A DNA stretch of 64,000 bases from Octopus sinensis (lineage: Eukaryota): contig NC_043006.1 in assembly GCF_006345805.1 (NCBI RefSeq), forward strand, positions 98,642,001 to 98,706,000. The letters run 5' to 3'. Below the pieces are notes generated by a model that saw only the letters and a list, made by a program, of their open reading frames with translations, was not told where the DNA came from and made no database searches. The translations under genes were made by a program, and so were the position numbers. Positions 50,338-64,000 of the stretch are shown here, one piece after another (within the stretch, counting starts at the first letter, position 1; every line of letters starts with the position of its first letter).

Positions 50338-53300
50338 GTACGATGGTAGGCTTCAGGCTATAGTTGAAGACAAATGTCCAAACTGCCATGCAGCAGGACT
50401 GAACCTTTTACAATTGGTTCAGTAACAAATTTCTTAGCAGACAGCTGCGCGTATATATATTGATACAGACGTATATATGCAAGCACAGATCGATAGAAAA
50501 ATAGATACATACATTCATAAATACATATATACAAACACAGACAGACACACGCAAAGACATTCAAATATATAAGACTCCTTGATTGTATATGGAAAATGAA
50601 GCTGAATTTTCACTTACTCATTACGTTGTAGCTGGGCATTTCAAGTTCACATCTAAATAAATTAATACCAATAATGGTTTTCTTTTTTTCCTGGGAACGT
50701 GAAAACATCTACATTTATCTTTTGATAGTGAATATTATTTTTTCTTTAAAAAGGAGTTATATTCCATTACTATGGAATAGATAAATATATTCTTTAGAGG
50801 TAAATACTAATTATATATTAGGAATGGAAACGCTGTGAAGATGTATTTTGACTGAGATAACAAAGAATATTAAATAATATATGCTATATATTACGATAAA
50901 CATCTCAAAATGCTTGATTTGATAAAATCTGAATTTCTAAGCTAACATATTTAGTAGCTACAGGATATTATTTCAAATATTGTATACATTACATCAATAA
51001 CCATCTTATCTGGCATTCATCGCTTGATACCATGTTAAACGGAATGGAAGTAATACATTCATAAAAATGATTTTATCTTTCAAATGTTTCTTTCTTATCT
51101 CACTTTGGTAATATTTGGGAAGTTATACGGCAATGCTCTAATATTTTAAAACCCCATCAGACTATCTTCAATTTAATATTTGATTTTCCCTTTATTTCTC
51201 TTTTACGATTATTCAATAAATATTCTCTTAAATTTTCCGTTTGTTTGTCTTCATTTATTCTTTACTTCTACTAATTCTCCAACGGACTCACTCTCTATCA
51301 GCTGCTGTTTAAGTTTATCTGACATAACACACATATTTTTATGAGTTATCAATTTTTTTGCTTACAAATAGATTATTATTTATTTCCATTTGTTAGTTCT
51401 TGTATCATTCTATATTTATCGTCTCGTATTTTCGCAAAATATTTCTATCAAATATTTCTAAGGTTATTTCTCTGATATAGGCACAAGGATGTTTGAACCG
51501 AGTGATAGATCTTGTCAGTTTTTGTTGCTTCATTATGAATCTGCGACTTACAAATGTGTTAAAAAGTGAGTTAAAAATTGCCAATGTGTAATACCACTAG
51601 TGCAATATGTTGCACAGTGTCACTTACGTCTAACGTGTTATACAAAATTAACACAGCAGTGTATAAATTACACATTTGGTAGAAATATTATTTGCTAACT
51701 CGGTAATCAAGAACGGTTAATAATATTCTTTTTAAACGTTATAATGCTAACGTTATAATGCTAACGCCAGGAGCCTAAACATAATGCTATGAAAGAATGA
51801 ATCCATTAACTGCATTCTTCATGTCCTGATGTAAATAACGGTGTGATGATATTCAAATAACCTTGCCTGATATGTATAAGTAGAATAATAGAACGAAACA
51901 GTATTGTACTGGTTGTATCAGCTATCTATCCTACTATTTGAGAATATCCTTGTACCACATTATTTTAAACACTTCTGAAACGTCATAATCTCTATTTAGA
52001 TTTCTCGAGAAATCTAAAAACAACACGAAGGAAATGACTTCCATAGACAACAAGCTTGTATAGCCATGGAATGCCGATACAGCTTTTCAAACTAAGTAGA
52101 CAGATGTCTGTTTATACTTATTAACTACATTCTACGTATCCAGTGAAACTATAAATCAGAAGCTTAATTTTTTTTTATCCTTTCTTTTGAAGCAATAACT
52201 TTATCTCCCATATCTTTTTGCAAAGCAAAAATACGGGCTTGCCAATGCCAATTATATTTAAAAAGCGTAAGTTGTTACGTTTAAAATATATTCCAGTTTA
52301 ATGACGTTAACTTAAAATGCATTTAATATTTTTATCATCAAAACTGTTTTGAATACGTTTATAATCATCTACAACAAAGCAAAATCAAAACAATGAAAAT
52401 AGACAGCTAAAACAATAAAATAGACAGTAATCACACCATATCCACCAACACATTCTATCGTCCCAACAACAACAGAAAAAGGGATACATATCTCTTGTCT
52501 TTTTCTCAGGAAGATCAAACAATTTAAGATGTACAATTTGAATTCCCGAAATATGAAAAGGTTTATTGGGCGAAATATAGTGGGTGAATTTTTTTAGGAA
52601 TTGATAATGTTCTAATAAGAGAAAGGACATGAATAGTTCATCCACAACTTTTTATGGTTATTGAGACTGCCCCACGCAGACATTCAGCCTTATATAGAGC
52701 TAAGGGAAACTGAGCGAATGCCTGTCAGAAAGGTGTGGGGTTATATATGACGTAACTGTGAATCATTTAAACCGGATTAAGACGACGATTTTCAAGTATT
52801 ACTGGTGAGTCTTATTTAAGAGAAATACTCAACATTTCGCGAGATTTTTCAGCAAAGTCATAGCGAAAGCAAAACTGGTGTAATTTATTGTTTATATAGA
52901 GAGTCTTGGGAAATGCATTTCATCCGACCTACTAAGGCGAAATTCCAAATGTGCATTGGTCGATGTAAGTTTAGTTGGAAATAAGGATAGTGATAGACTC
53001 TTTTTTTACCTTACAATTTAATGACCTTAAAAAAATATATTCCCTCTTAGCTGTTACGTAGGTTAAATGTTGCAATTGATTCTATCGACTGACTTCTCAT
53101 GTATAGATTTGTTGTATTGTACATTAAGACGAAATCATTTAATATAATAATCCAATTAATATACATTAATTCCAAGAAAATAATGTCTTTTTTAAAATAT
53201 TTTGTTTAAATTGTTGCGATTTAAAATATTAACATCAACATTGTACAGTTTATAGTTTTAGGCACCAATCGGCTTAGGTATGTAGATCGTTAGTAGACAG

Positions 53301-54104
53301 AAATCTAGCAATGATATATACCACCTACCATACCTTTATTAGAAGTTTGAGTGTATCTTGAATGTGTGTTAGCTGTTATTCTAGAATGGGTGACCTCCAA
53401 TTTTTTGAATATTATCTAATTATATCTGCTCGCTCTAATCTTGTTTTAAAAATGTGTAGATGAAATATAATTTATATGAAGCAAATCATGGTATTATATA
53501 ATATTCTTTGATTTTCAAAAAGCTTGATAATATGACCATAAAGTGAAATTTTGTGACTGCATTAGAACAACTGGAAAGCTGTACACCAGTTCCACGTACA
53601 ATCTGTGTTCGTTTCTATGACTGCGTTTCATATGCAATTCGCTGTTCAAATTGTGTATTGTATGATCTGTATTTGAGAAATTTATTGAAGATATTTACCA
53701 AATATTAATGTTAAGACGTGAGTCAGCTTGTGTTGAATGTTCACATTAGAATTAATTAGTATTTATCATGAAAGGTCAATATTAATCCTTTCTGTAAGAA
53801 TATTATTGAATATTATATACCGCTACAAAATCACGTTGCAGAAATTAATATTACTAGTGATATGTTCTTGAATATAATCAGTAATAGTATGGATTAGCTT
53901 AACTCTGTTTATCATACTTAGCAATAATAATTGGCCAAAGTAATCCATCCACCAACAGTTCGTGGTAGCAAAGATGTAGTTTTAAATTATGTCTATGATA
54001 CGTTATATGATGCTGATGCTGATTGGTTCCTCCCATTAATATGGTGTTGAAGGAGACGTGTGTTCTACTTGGCCATGCTATCATTGTTATTATTATTATT
54101 ATTA

Positions 54105-54421
<317 letters not shown>

Positions 54422-54423
54422 CA

Positions 54424-54640
54424 TTCAGTAGTTTTATTGTTATAGCGTGCTTTCACCTCACTACCGAGCGCAGCTCTGTGTGCCTTGGGTATGTGCTGTG
54501 ATTTGTTGTGATGCTCTGATGGTTATTGTATGGAAAGTGTTCTGCGTAGGATGTGTGCAGTGTCTAGTAGTGCAGTTTTCTGTATGTTATATGTGTTTGT
54601 AAGTCCTGGTGTTTTGCTTATGTATTTGTCTGAATATTTT
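54424..54640 (-). mobile_element. R4/Dong-type 3' end, copy 2
   Basis: About 8 substitutions from copy 1 over ~217 bp; same endpoints; embedded in (TTA)n. Confidence 0.8.
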
Positions 54641-54729
54641 ATCATTATTATATTATTATTATTATTATATTATTATTATTTATTATATTATTATTACTAT
54701 TATTATTATTATAATTATTATTATTATTA

Positions 54730-54787
<58 letters not shown>

Positions 54788-55332
54788 GAGTGAGAGAGCA
54801 GTGCATGTCATCAAATAAATATACGAAATATACGAAGCCCAGTATACCCATCATGACTACCCGTCTGATAAGTGTACACCAAGCACGTGCATCACAAAAA
54901 ATGTGCGCGACATAGTGGTCTCATATCAAGACAAACAGCGCATAATCTTGCAGCCCAGTTAACATTTTCTTCCGGTCGAGTGGCCCATCACACTCAAAAG
55001 GTACCTGAAAAAGCATTGTTTAAGGATGTTGAACCAACCATCCATGTTTCCACAAATGATTTATCCAAATCTCCATGAATTCCTTTCAACACACGGCTAT
55101 GACGCTCCCCCATTACTTCTGCTCGTTGTGAGCGATACACTTATCGTCAGCCACTATAGGACATGGTCAACTGCTTAAGGTGAAACAACTGACAAGCAAA
55201 TCTATGGTATTGAGCAGAATAGTTGCTGTAGCCCCTCACTTATATCGAGAGAAAAACAATGTACATGATAACACATCCAATCAGTTAAGATCAGAAGCCA
55301 TGAGAGCCACTGCCTGGTACTGTATCAGGGCA
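54788..55332 (-). mobile_element. 545-bp non-coding interspersed element in (TAA)n
   Basis: Bounded on both sides by TTA repeats; second copy at 55354-55786. Strand inferred from the one-sided truncation of that copy. Confidence 0.7.
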
Positions 55333-55353
55333 GTTATTATTATTATTATTATT

Positions 55354-55786
55354 GAGTGAGAGAGCAGTTCATGTAATCAAAGTGACACTAGAGTAAAATA
55401 TACGAAGCCCAATATACCCATCATGACTACCCGTCTGATAAGGGTACACCAGGCACATGCATCACAACCATATGTGCGCGACATGGTGATCTCATATCAA
55501 GATAAACAGCACATGACCTTGCAGGTGGGACCCAGTTAGAATTTTCTTCTGGTCGAGTAGCTCATCCCGCTCAAAAGGACCATGTTTCCATAGGTGAATT
55601 ATTCAAACCCCAAAGAATCCCTCTCAACACATGGCTATGATGCTCCCCCACTACTTCTGCTCGTGATCAGAGATGCACCTATCGTCAGTCACTAAAGGAC
55701 ATGCTCAACTGGTTAAGGTCAAACAACAGACAAGCAAATATGTGGTATTGAGCAGAATATTTGCTGTAGCGCATCTTTTATACCAA
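55354..55786 (-). mobile_element. Second, truncated copy of the 545-bp element
   Basis: Same left end (gagtgagagagcag); lacks ~85 bp at the right end and ~35 bp internally. Confidence 0.7.
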
Positions 55787-55791
55787 TTATT

Positions 55792-55882
<91 letters not shown>

Positions 55883-55898
55883 ATTATTATTATTATTA

Positions 55899-55962
<64 letters not shown>

Positions 55963-56085
55963 TATTATTATTATTATTATATTATTATTATTATTACTAT
56001 TATATTATTATTATTACTATTATATTATTATTATTATTATTATTATTACTATTATTATTATTATTATATTATTATTATTATTACT

Positions 56086-56138
<53 letters not shown>

Positions 56139-56174
56139 TGTTATTATTACTATTATTATTATTATTATTATTAC

Positions 56175-56211
<37 letters not shown>

Positions 56212-56220
56212 TTATTATTA

Positions 56221-56317
<97 letters not shown>

Positions 56318-56376
56318 TATTAGTATTACTATTATTATTATTAGTATTACTATTATTATTATTATTATTATTATTA

Positions 56377-56418
<42 letters not shown>

Positions 56419-56450
56419 TATTATTATCATTATTATCATTATTATTATTA

Positions 56451-56489
<39 letters not shown>

Positions 56490-56563
56490 TATTAATTATT
56501 ATTATTATTATTATTATTATTATTTTATTATTACTATTATTATATTATATTATTATTATTATA

Positions 56564-56618
<55 letters not shown>

Positions 56619-56641
56619 CATTATTATTATTATTATTATTA

Positions 56642-56676
<35 letters not shown>
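55787..56676. repeat. ~890-bp (TTA)n microsatellite
   Basis: Direct reading. Confidence 0.95.
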
Positions 56677-56949
56677 GTATTGTTGTTTTTACTGAGTAAT
56701 CTTATTTTATCACGTGCAGTTTGTTAAAACCATCTCGATTAAGTGTGTCTGCACTTGTGTGTAACAATATCTGAAAAGGCATTGGCAATCGCCATAGATG
56801 AAACGTCACATCATTACAAATGAAGAAGCTGAGACCGAAAGCCTCTTTGCCGCTTGCACTATATTCCCTCCTCTTGAATAACAAATCATTTTCCTGGAAG
56901 GGACATTTTTTCAAGACATTATAAGGTTTATTATATCATGCCTATTGTA

Positions 56950-57200
56950 ACACTCACCTTGTAATATATTGCCACTGCACAATGCTTGTGGATTTTGTTT
57001 TAGACTTATGGTTTCACGCCACACATCTATTAATTTCCTAATTCATCTTCAGCTTCAAATGCTAATATATCCTCCTCCATAATTTAGCATGTCGGTCTAT
57101 TCATTCAGCCTGATTTAGTACTTATAATTTTCCATGGCCTATCATTTGTAACCATCACTCCAACTCCTTTCCCACCAGCTACATAATCAGTGTGTTATGG
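56950..57200 (-). pseudogene. Possible very old RTE-like LINE 3' remnant
   Basis: Weak minus-strand traces (EDILA..; N.DVWRETI) spread across frames. Confidence 0.3.
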
Positions 57201-58281
57201 GCAAAATAGACGGATGTTTCCACAAATCATACCAATCAGTGTATATGGCATCCAAATGACACCCTCGAGACCTAACATTGAGGAGGAAGGAAATTTACAT
57301 TTGATAAATGTCGCACGCTATCTCCGAATCTTTGAGCCCAAACAGACGTAGAAACAATCTGACAGCTAGATGATGAAATGAGGGCAAAGGGAAATGATTT
57401 GATTCAATCAAGGGCACAGCACACTGCTCAGGTTACATGTCAAAGCTTGTGAACCCAACGTTCTGGTGACTCACATTCTTATACTGCTCTTTCCGTCGTG
57501 ATAGAATGACAGGGAACGTGGGATTCGGAAATCAAACGTGATATTCATAGGCGAGGTGTCAATAATCATAGGAGTTTTAATAACTAACAGTTAGTTATAA
57601 TAATATCACCAACTTTTAAACCGCTTGTGTAAATATGTAAATCAAGCTCCTATATAAAAGCAAATGGCTGAAAATTATTGGTAAATAGGAAGTGAAATAC
57701 TTAGGAGAATTGTTCACTTGAGTTTGAAACATATAGCCTGTAGTACAATTGACAATAATATATCGGAATGTTTGTGCATGCGCAGAGATAAAACTGTTAG
57801 GTATGTATAGTTTTCACCATAATTGTCACATTTATTACTGTTTCTGTTGCTGAGCAGATATTAGAGATAAATTCAATCATTGTAAGCTTACACCCGGAAA
57901 CATTACACAAGAACGGCGTCCATTATGGAGATATATCGCATCAAGTATAGCACCTATGTGCTTATTGAAAATAGCACTGCAAGATATTCAGCATTAAACA
58001 GCGTCATAATTGTAAAACCTAATACTTGGCTTTATAAATGGTATTGTCAAAGCAAAATTTCAAAAGGATCGAAATAAATGATTTGGATTCAGATATATTC
58101 AGGATGTTAAAGAGGAACCTCGTCATGAACTTCAAAATATTTAGTATTGTTTTATAACAATCATCATTGAATGCATGTTTAGGTGAGGATAATAAAATGG
58201 GCTTTTACATGTTCAAAAAACTCGTATATATATATGTGTGTGTGTGTGTGTGTGATCGTCTCTCTCTCTCTCTCACTCTGC

Positions 58282-58320
<39 letters not shown>

Positions 58321-58352
<32 letters not shown>

Positions 58353-58375
58353 TAGATAGATAGATAGATAGATAG

Positions 58376-58440
<65 letters not shown>

Positions 58441-58982
58441 GCTTATATGCAAGTATATGTATTTCTATATATGAGGAGAAGTGGACGAAGAACGAAAAAG
58501 TGCAAAAGAAAGTAGCACAAGATATAAAATCGGATCATTCACAATTTAAGAAGCTGATGACATTCGCGCATTTGTTATGATTATTTTGCTCTGCATTAGT
58601 GAAATCAGTTGTAGAGTACGTTTGACAAACAACGACTTCGATACCGTTATCATAATATAGACTACTACGTGTTGTGGAGGACACACTCTGTTTGTTTGAT
58701 GTACTCAATGTTTGGTTTATATATCCATCCACTCGCTCTCTCCCTCTCTCATGTCTCTCACACACAGAATCGTTCACATACATATATATAGTCAAGGATA
58801 TGCTTTGCAGTGGTATAACATTTCATGTGTGTGCGTGTGCGTGTATGTGCGTGTGTATGTGCGTGTATAAGACGCAGAGAGAGACAGGGATGGATAGATT
58901 GATAAATAGATCGATAGATAGGCAGACAGACATATAAAAATCCCTCCAGTCAGGCAGCCAGCTAGGCAGACAGACAGATATC

Positions 58983-59081
<99 letters not shown>
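58321..59081. repeat. (GA)n and two (GATA)n microsatellites (58350-58440, 58980-59081)
   Basis: Direct reading. Confidence 0.9.
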
Positions 59082-60445
59082 ATGAAATACTATCTGGTGC
59101 AGGTGATGCTATATTGATTTGAGGTCACTTGTTGCAGTAATGTTCGTATTTCGAGAGTCTTTTCAGCCTAAGTGGCAAATGCCATAATATTTCTGTATAA
59201 TTTTCCCTAAGGTAAAATGCAAACGGAAATTATTTAATCTTTTGTTCATTTCAAATACATACAAAAACCAATATCTTCTGTTGTGTTTAATCCAGGAATG
59301 ACACGATGGAAAGTATACCAGTGTATCTAAAATATAAACGTATTACCGAGGTAAGGATTATAACTGATGGATTCCATTCACCAAATTTTGATGCTTGTGT
59401 ATATGATTACTGATAAATAAGTGACACATCGTAGATACAAAACTTGAAATTTTAGGACTTTGAAGCAAAATAGAAAGAATCAGTTTCACCATGTGCCTGA
59501 ATACATTGTCTAAATAGAGCAATGTACTGACAAAAATATCGTATATTGTACTCTGCCGTTCTTCTGAAAGAGAACAAACATATTTCTAAAGTCCTTCTTT
59601 GAAAAGGCTGATTGTCATCCACGCCTTCTTATTTTAATCGCTAAAATTAGATGTGAATTAAAATTTATACAACCTATAAAAGCTCTTGAACCGTTAGATT
59701 GATAAATAAGAGCTGTGATTTGATCCAATCAACGACAATACCTCGGAGAATAACGGTCCGACGTCTTTTAGATCATTATGATGGTACTGATTATTCTCCT
59801 CAAGTAATAAATGAAGCAAATATTCTAGGAAACATGGGTTTTCAGAACATTGCAGTTCTATCAATACAATATAATTGCTCTTGCGTGTAATCCTATTTAG
59901 CAATCATTGTTTTCAATTGTTCGGGATATTTCGTAGCAGCACTTGTATCAATAGTGGCAGCAACGCCAGTCATATTTATTCAAGCGTTTCTTATACTTTC
60001 CAAACAGACTTTACTAACCATAAGATGTTTCTCAATAAAATGTTCCTCTAATTATTTTCAGAAAATTGTTTTAAAAATATACTTTATTTTTACTTTCTGC
60101 AACTATGATCGTACTTATAAAAACATTACATCGAATGCGATTCTAGAACTATACACCCAGGTGTCGTTCATTTAGGAACTGGAGTTTAAAACTATGCCAA
60201 AAATAAACCTGGGCGTTTAACGATGTAACGTCTTCCGTATTTGATTTAATATTCTCCCTCTTGTCAAGTATTTTCCCTTTAGACGTTGGTAACGTGAATG
60301 TTTTGACAATATGACTGATTTTCTTTCCCGCATCAAAACCTTCTAGAATATCAAATATAAGATCCCTAAAAATATTTTTCCGTTTCATTTTCGCATATAT
60401 ATATATATATATATATACATAAATATACATTCATATATATATATG

Positions 60446-60535
<90 letters not shown>

Positions 60536-60593
60536 TATAACGAAAATAAGACAAGGTACAAAGTGCTAAAATAATTTCATCTTGAAGAACATT

Positions 60594-60630
60594 CTTGTAC
60601 CGGCTTCAATCTTGCGACTTTTTCAACTCA
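60594..60630 (-). ncRNA. Minimal type I hammerhead-like motif, U3:A8 variant
   Basis: GAG-UUGAAAA-AGUC gcaa GAUU-GAAG-CCGG-U-A-CAAG; core identical to 18568-18605, stem I weakened. Confidence 0.6.
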
Positions 60631-60861
60631 GAGTAAATGATGAAAAACAATTCAATTGTGGAAAGATTAAATGAAATGTTTTTTGTTTTCAAATATATAC
60701 ACAGTTTTCAAATGCAAGGGACATTTCCTTTTTTCTGGCTTTCTTTCTCTCACTTTTTTAATCGTGTGAGTTCTAGGTAGATGGCAGTATCTAGTAGTAG
60801 ATTGATACGAATTCTTATCGTTGATTGTTTAAGCAGCAGTAGCAGTAGAGAAAGGAGGCGA

Positions 60862-60862
<1 letters not shown>

Positions 60863-60907
<45 letters not shown>

Positions 60908-60966
60908 AGAAGAAGAAGAAGAAGAAGAAGAAGAAGAAGAAGAAGAAGAAGAAGAAAAAGAAGAAA
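60863..60966. repeat. (AAG)n microsatellite within the PLE 3' UTR
   Basis: Direct reading. Confidence 0.95.
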
Positions 60967-63374
60967 ATGCAGGAGTGGTATGACAGTAGCGGGATGTTGG
61001 TGGAATCCTCTTAAATGGTCAAGTGACCAAAAGTGACCGGTTGTGGTTGTAATAGTTGTGATTGGAATTGTTCTGAATAAAAATATATGTGAAGCGACTG
61101 TTTTGAATATATCGTTTTTAATATTTGCGTGGATATTATTCTAAGGCCCTTGTAATAGTGTCATTTTTTTTATGCATTCAAAAGGGGTTTATATTTTATG
61201 ATAATGAATGACTTTTTACTAATGCGCTGACTACAGGTTGCATCGTTCCTGAATTGATAGAAGGGAAACATTTTGAAGCTAGGTTGTTTGTTATTGTTCA
61301 CTGAATGACATTTTTCTCTATTTCCAAATTCTAATCTAGGATCTGTGCACAGCCCTCCTTTGATGTAGACTGTTTTTGGTTTGGCCTATATATTGCTCTC
61401 GATGCCCAGTGCAGGTTAATACATATATCAGGTTCTCCGAAGCACATGTGAAGGTGCTTTTCAGTGAAACGTTGATCCTGTTTGAAAGAGAACTCTAATC
61501 CCTCAATTAGTTTCATGCATATACTACATTTATGTCTTCCGCATTTTTTTACTGATGACTGCAGTGTTGATTTCGAGTGTATTCGGTTTTGTGTAAGGAG
61601 ACTTTTCATACATTTAGGATCTTTTGCTCTTTACAATGGTATGCGTTTGGGAGATTAAATTCATTCTGTGGTCCCTTTTTAGTAGGGGAATATATTGGAG
61701 GAAGGTATTGAAGGCTTCATTGATAAGAGGGATGTGTGTGGTGATGTATGATAGGGTTTTTGGTTGTAAATCCTTCTTGAATTTAGGATGTCTGAGTTCG
61801 TGGATATTGAGATGTAGGGCACGTTGACAGCATATATCAATTAGTTCCTGGTGATGAGTTTATCCTTTAGATCATGTAGGCCTGCGTCCCTGGTGCTTGT
61901 ATTAGAAACTAGTACAAATCCTTTTTGCCAGGTTGAAAGGGATATTCATTTTAGTGTGTCAGGAGTAGCATGACTTGAACAGTAGATTTTGCTTAGAGTC
62001 CGTGTGCTTATAGTATATATCTATTTCTATTTCATTGTTAGATTTCTCAATGAGGATGTCGAGGAAAGGAAGTTGTTGATGGCTATATCTCATCGTGAAT
62101 TGTATGTTTACGTCAAGTCCATTTATAAGTGCTTGAAATTCTTCAAGTCTTTCTATACTTTCATACCAAAGAATGAAACAAAATGAAGCAGTCGTCTAGG
62201 TATCTCTTCCAGTTTTTTCTATGTAGAGGGAGAATGGGTGGCCGTATTTTTTAGCACCTTGCAATAAAGACCGATTTCTAGATATGCCACGAGGTGGTTA
62301 GCAAAGGCGGGCCCATTCTGGTACCCATCGAAGGCTTTCAAGACAGTAGTTATTCTCCAAGATAACTTTTAGCCCTTCTATCACGAATTCTTTTTTGATG
62401 CGATGTGGGAGTTCGTTGGAGCAATTCTCTAGCCAGAATTAAAATGCCTCTATTCCTCGGATGTAGGTAATATTAGATTAAAGGTTGACTACATCGAAGT
62501 ATACTAGTAGGGTATTTTTGTTTATTGATTTAGGGAGGTGATTTAGCATGTCCAGATAGTCCATTATGTAGCTTTTGATATGCTTTTAATGGTTTTAAGA
62601 GGGTATCCAAAACGTTACTAAGGCGGTGGGTTTCGCATGCGGAACCTGCTAAGTCTTAATCTGAAGACATTATGAGTAGGAACCTTGATTATTATGTCTG
62701 TGGCTATCCTGAATGCGTTACATACTTTCTCATTTTTGTGTGTCTTAGGAATACCATAGAATTCACTGGATTTACTTTCGAAATTGGTCAAATAATCGCA
62801 TTCCTTTTCGGAGAGCCCTTCTCTGATTAGGTTTAACGTGAATTTTAGGTTTCTCATTAGTGTTGGAGCTTTTCATAATATGTTGTATCTTCTAATATGG
62901 AAAGTGCTAGAGATTTACAGTATACCGTGTCCATTAAGGCAGCTGCACACCCTTTATCAGCCTCTTTGATTGTTATTATTTTATCATCTTTTAATTCATT
63001 CAGCTAAGCCCATCCTTTTTGGCTGAAGTTTGGCTTGTATTTTTATTCTCAGCCTTGGATATCAGTTTTACCACTTTTCGTGCTCAATGCTAACACTGCC
63101 GATTCCGTGACTATGAATATTATACAAATTGTATCTTGTACTATATCGTCAAAATGATGTCTTGCTGAATACTGATAACGAATTTCCATCGAAAGAGAAG
63201 AGTGCATTCGATGAAATTTTCATTAGATGCAAAAGTAAAATGAGGAAAATATAGCGGACATAAGTTAAGCGTCCGGCTGAAGAATAATCATCGAATGAAT
63301 TATGTATTCTATGTAACGTTATTAGTTAAAATTCTCTTGGAAAAAGGTATTCAATAAAATATATTTATATACAT

Positions 63375-63788
63375 AGGCGCAGGAGTGGCTGTGTGGTAAG
63401 TAGCTTGCTAACCAACCACATGGTTCCGGGTTCAGTCCCACTGCGTGGCATCTTGGGCAAGTGGCTTCTGCTATAGCCCCGGGCCGACCAATGCCTTGTG
63501 AGTGGATTTGGTAGACGGAAACTGAAAGAAGCCTGTCGTATATATGTATATATATAAGTGTGTGTGAATATGTTTGTGTGTCTGTGTTTGTTCCCCTAGC
63601 ATTGCTTGACAACCGATGCTGGTGTGTTTACGTCCCCATTACTTAGCGGTTCGGCAAAAAGAGACCGATAGAATAAGTACTGGGCTTACAAAGAATAAGT
63701 CCCGGGGTCGATTTGCTCGACTAAAGGTGGTGCTCCAGCATGGCCGCAGTCAAATGACTGAAACAAGTAAAAAAGAGTAAAAAGAGTA
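63375..63788 (+). mobile_element. tRNA-derived SINE family B (CORE-like), full length
   Basis: ggcgcaggagtggctgtgtggtaag, B-box ggttcagtccc, CORE-like tcttgggcaagtggctt, internal TA/TG tract and tail ctccagcatggccgcagtcaaatgactgaaacaagtaaaaaagag. Confidence 0.9.
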
Positions 63789-63823
63789 TATATGGAGGCT
63801 GGAAGATATGTATGTATGTATGC

Positions 63824-63862
<39 letters not shown>

Positions 63863-64000
63863 TGATTATGTGCGTGCATATAATCTATACAATGCCGAGA
63901 AGCGACTGAAATTACGGGTCAGCACTGGTTATTCAACTACGTAACACAATACTTTACTGCATGTCATGCTGTCATACACTTCACAGCAGATAAATAACAT

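Larger units (their letters stand above)
60540..63050 (-). mobile_element. Penelope-like element, older copy of the 15.8-kb family
   Basis: Collinear homology: IKEADKG, EFYGIPKTHK, FDVVNL, RYLDD, KCGRHKCSIC, FPFYQF..KYKPLLN (~61170). The 3' UTR has (TTC)n and a hammerhead-like motif, and the terminus abuts (TA)n. Confidence 0.9.

Noticed and set aside
52700-52810. TATA-like, TGACGTAA (CRE-like) and downstream gtgagt as a promoter/first exon
   Set aside because: Such short motifs are expected by chance in AT-rich DNA, and no linked gene is evident.

Overview
AT-rich, microsatellite-saturated eukaryotic DNA. The SINE families and repeat density suggest an octopod (coleoid cephalopod) genome; this is an inference and was not checked against a database. 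No host protein-coding gene, tRNA or rRNA gene can be confidently identified. The window is mostly transposable elements: (i) Penelope-like elements (PLEs; RT + GIY-YIG), with two long copies at ~15.8-18.66 kb (+) and ~60.5-63.05 kb (-) plus several fragments, one carrying a 5' inversion; (ii) a near full-length 5.4-kb Tx1/L1-type LINE sitting in a (CT)n tract; (iii) R4/Dong-type 3' ends and a 545-bp non-coding element inside a (TTA)n array; (iv) RTE and CR1 LINE remnants; (v) two mariner remnants, a pogo/Tigger-type MITE and a Helitron helicase fragment; (vi) three tRNA-derived SINE families. The most interesting signal is a set of minimal type I hammerhead-ribozyme-like motifs in PLE 3' regions. 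They fall into two non-canonical core variants: a U3:A8 swap of the C3:G8 pair with a palindromic CCGG stem III (four copies), and an extra A after CUGANGA with an ACGU-type stem III (two copies). Most frameshifts in the young Tx1 and PLE copies are 1-nt deletions in homopolymer runs, so these elements may be intact and the breaks may be assembly errors. Most ORFs in the supplied track are translations of microsatellites and are not genes.
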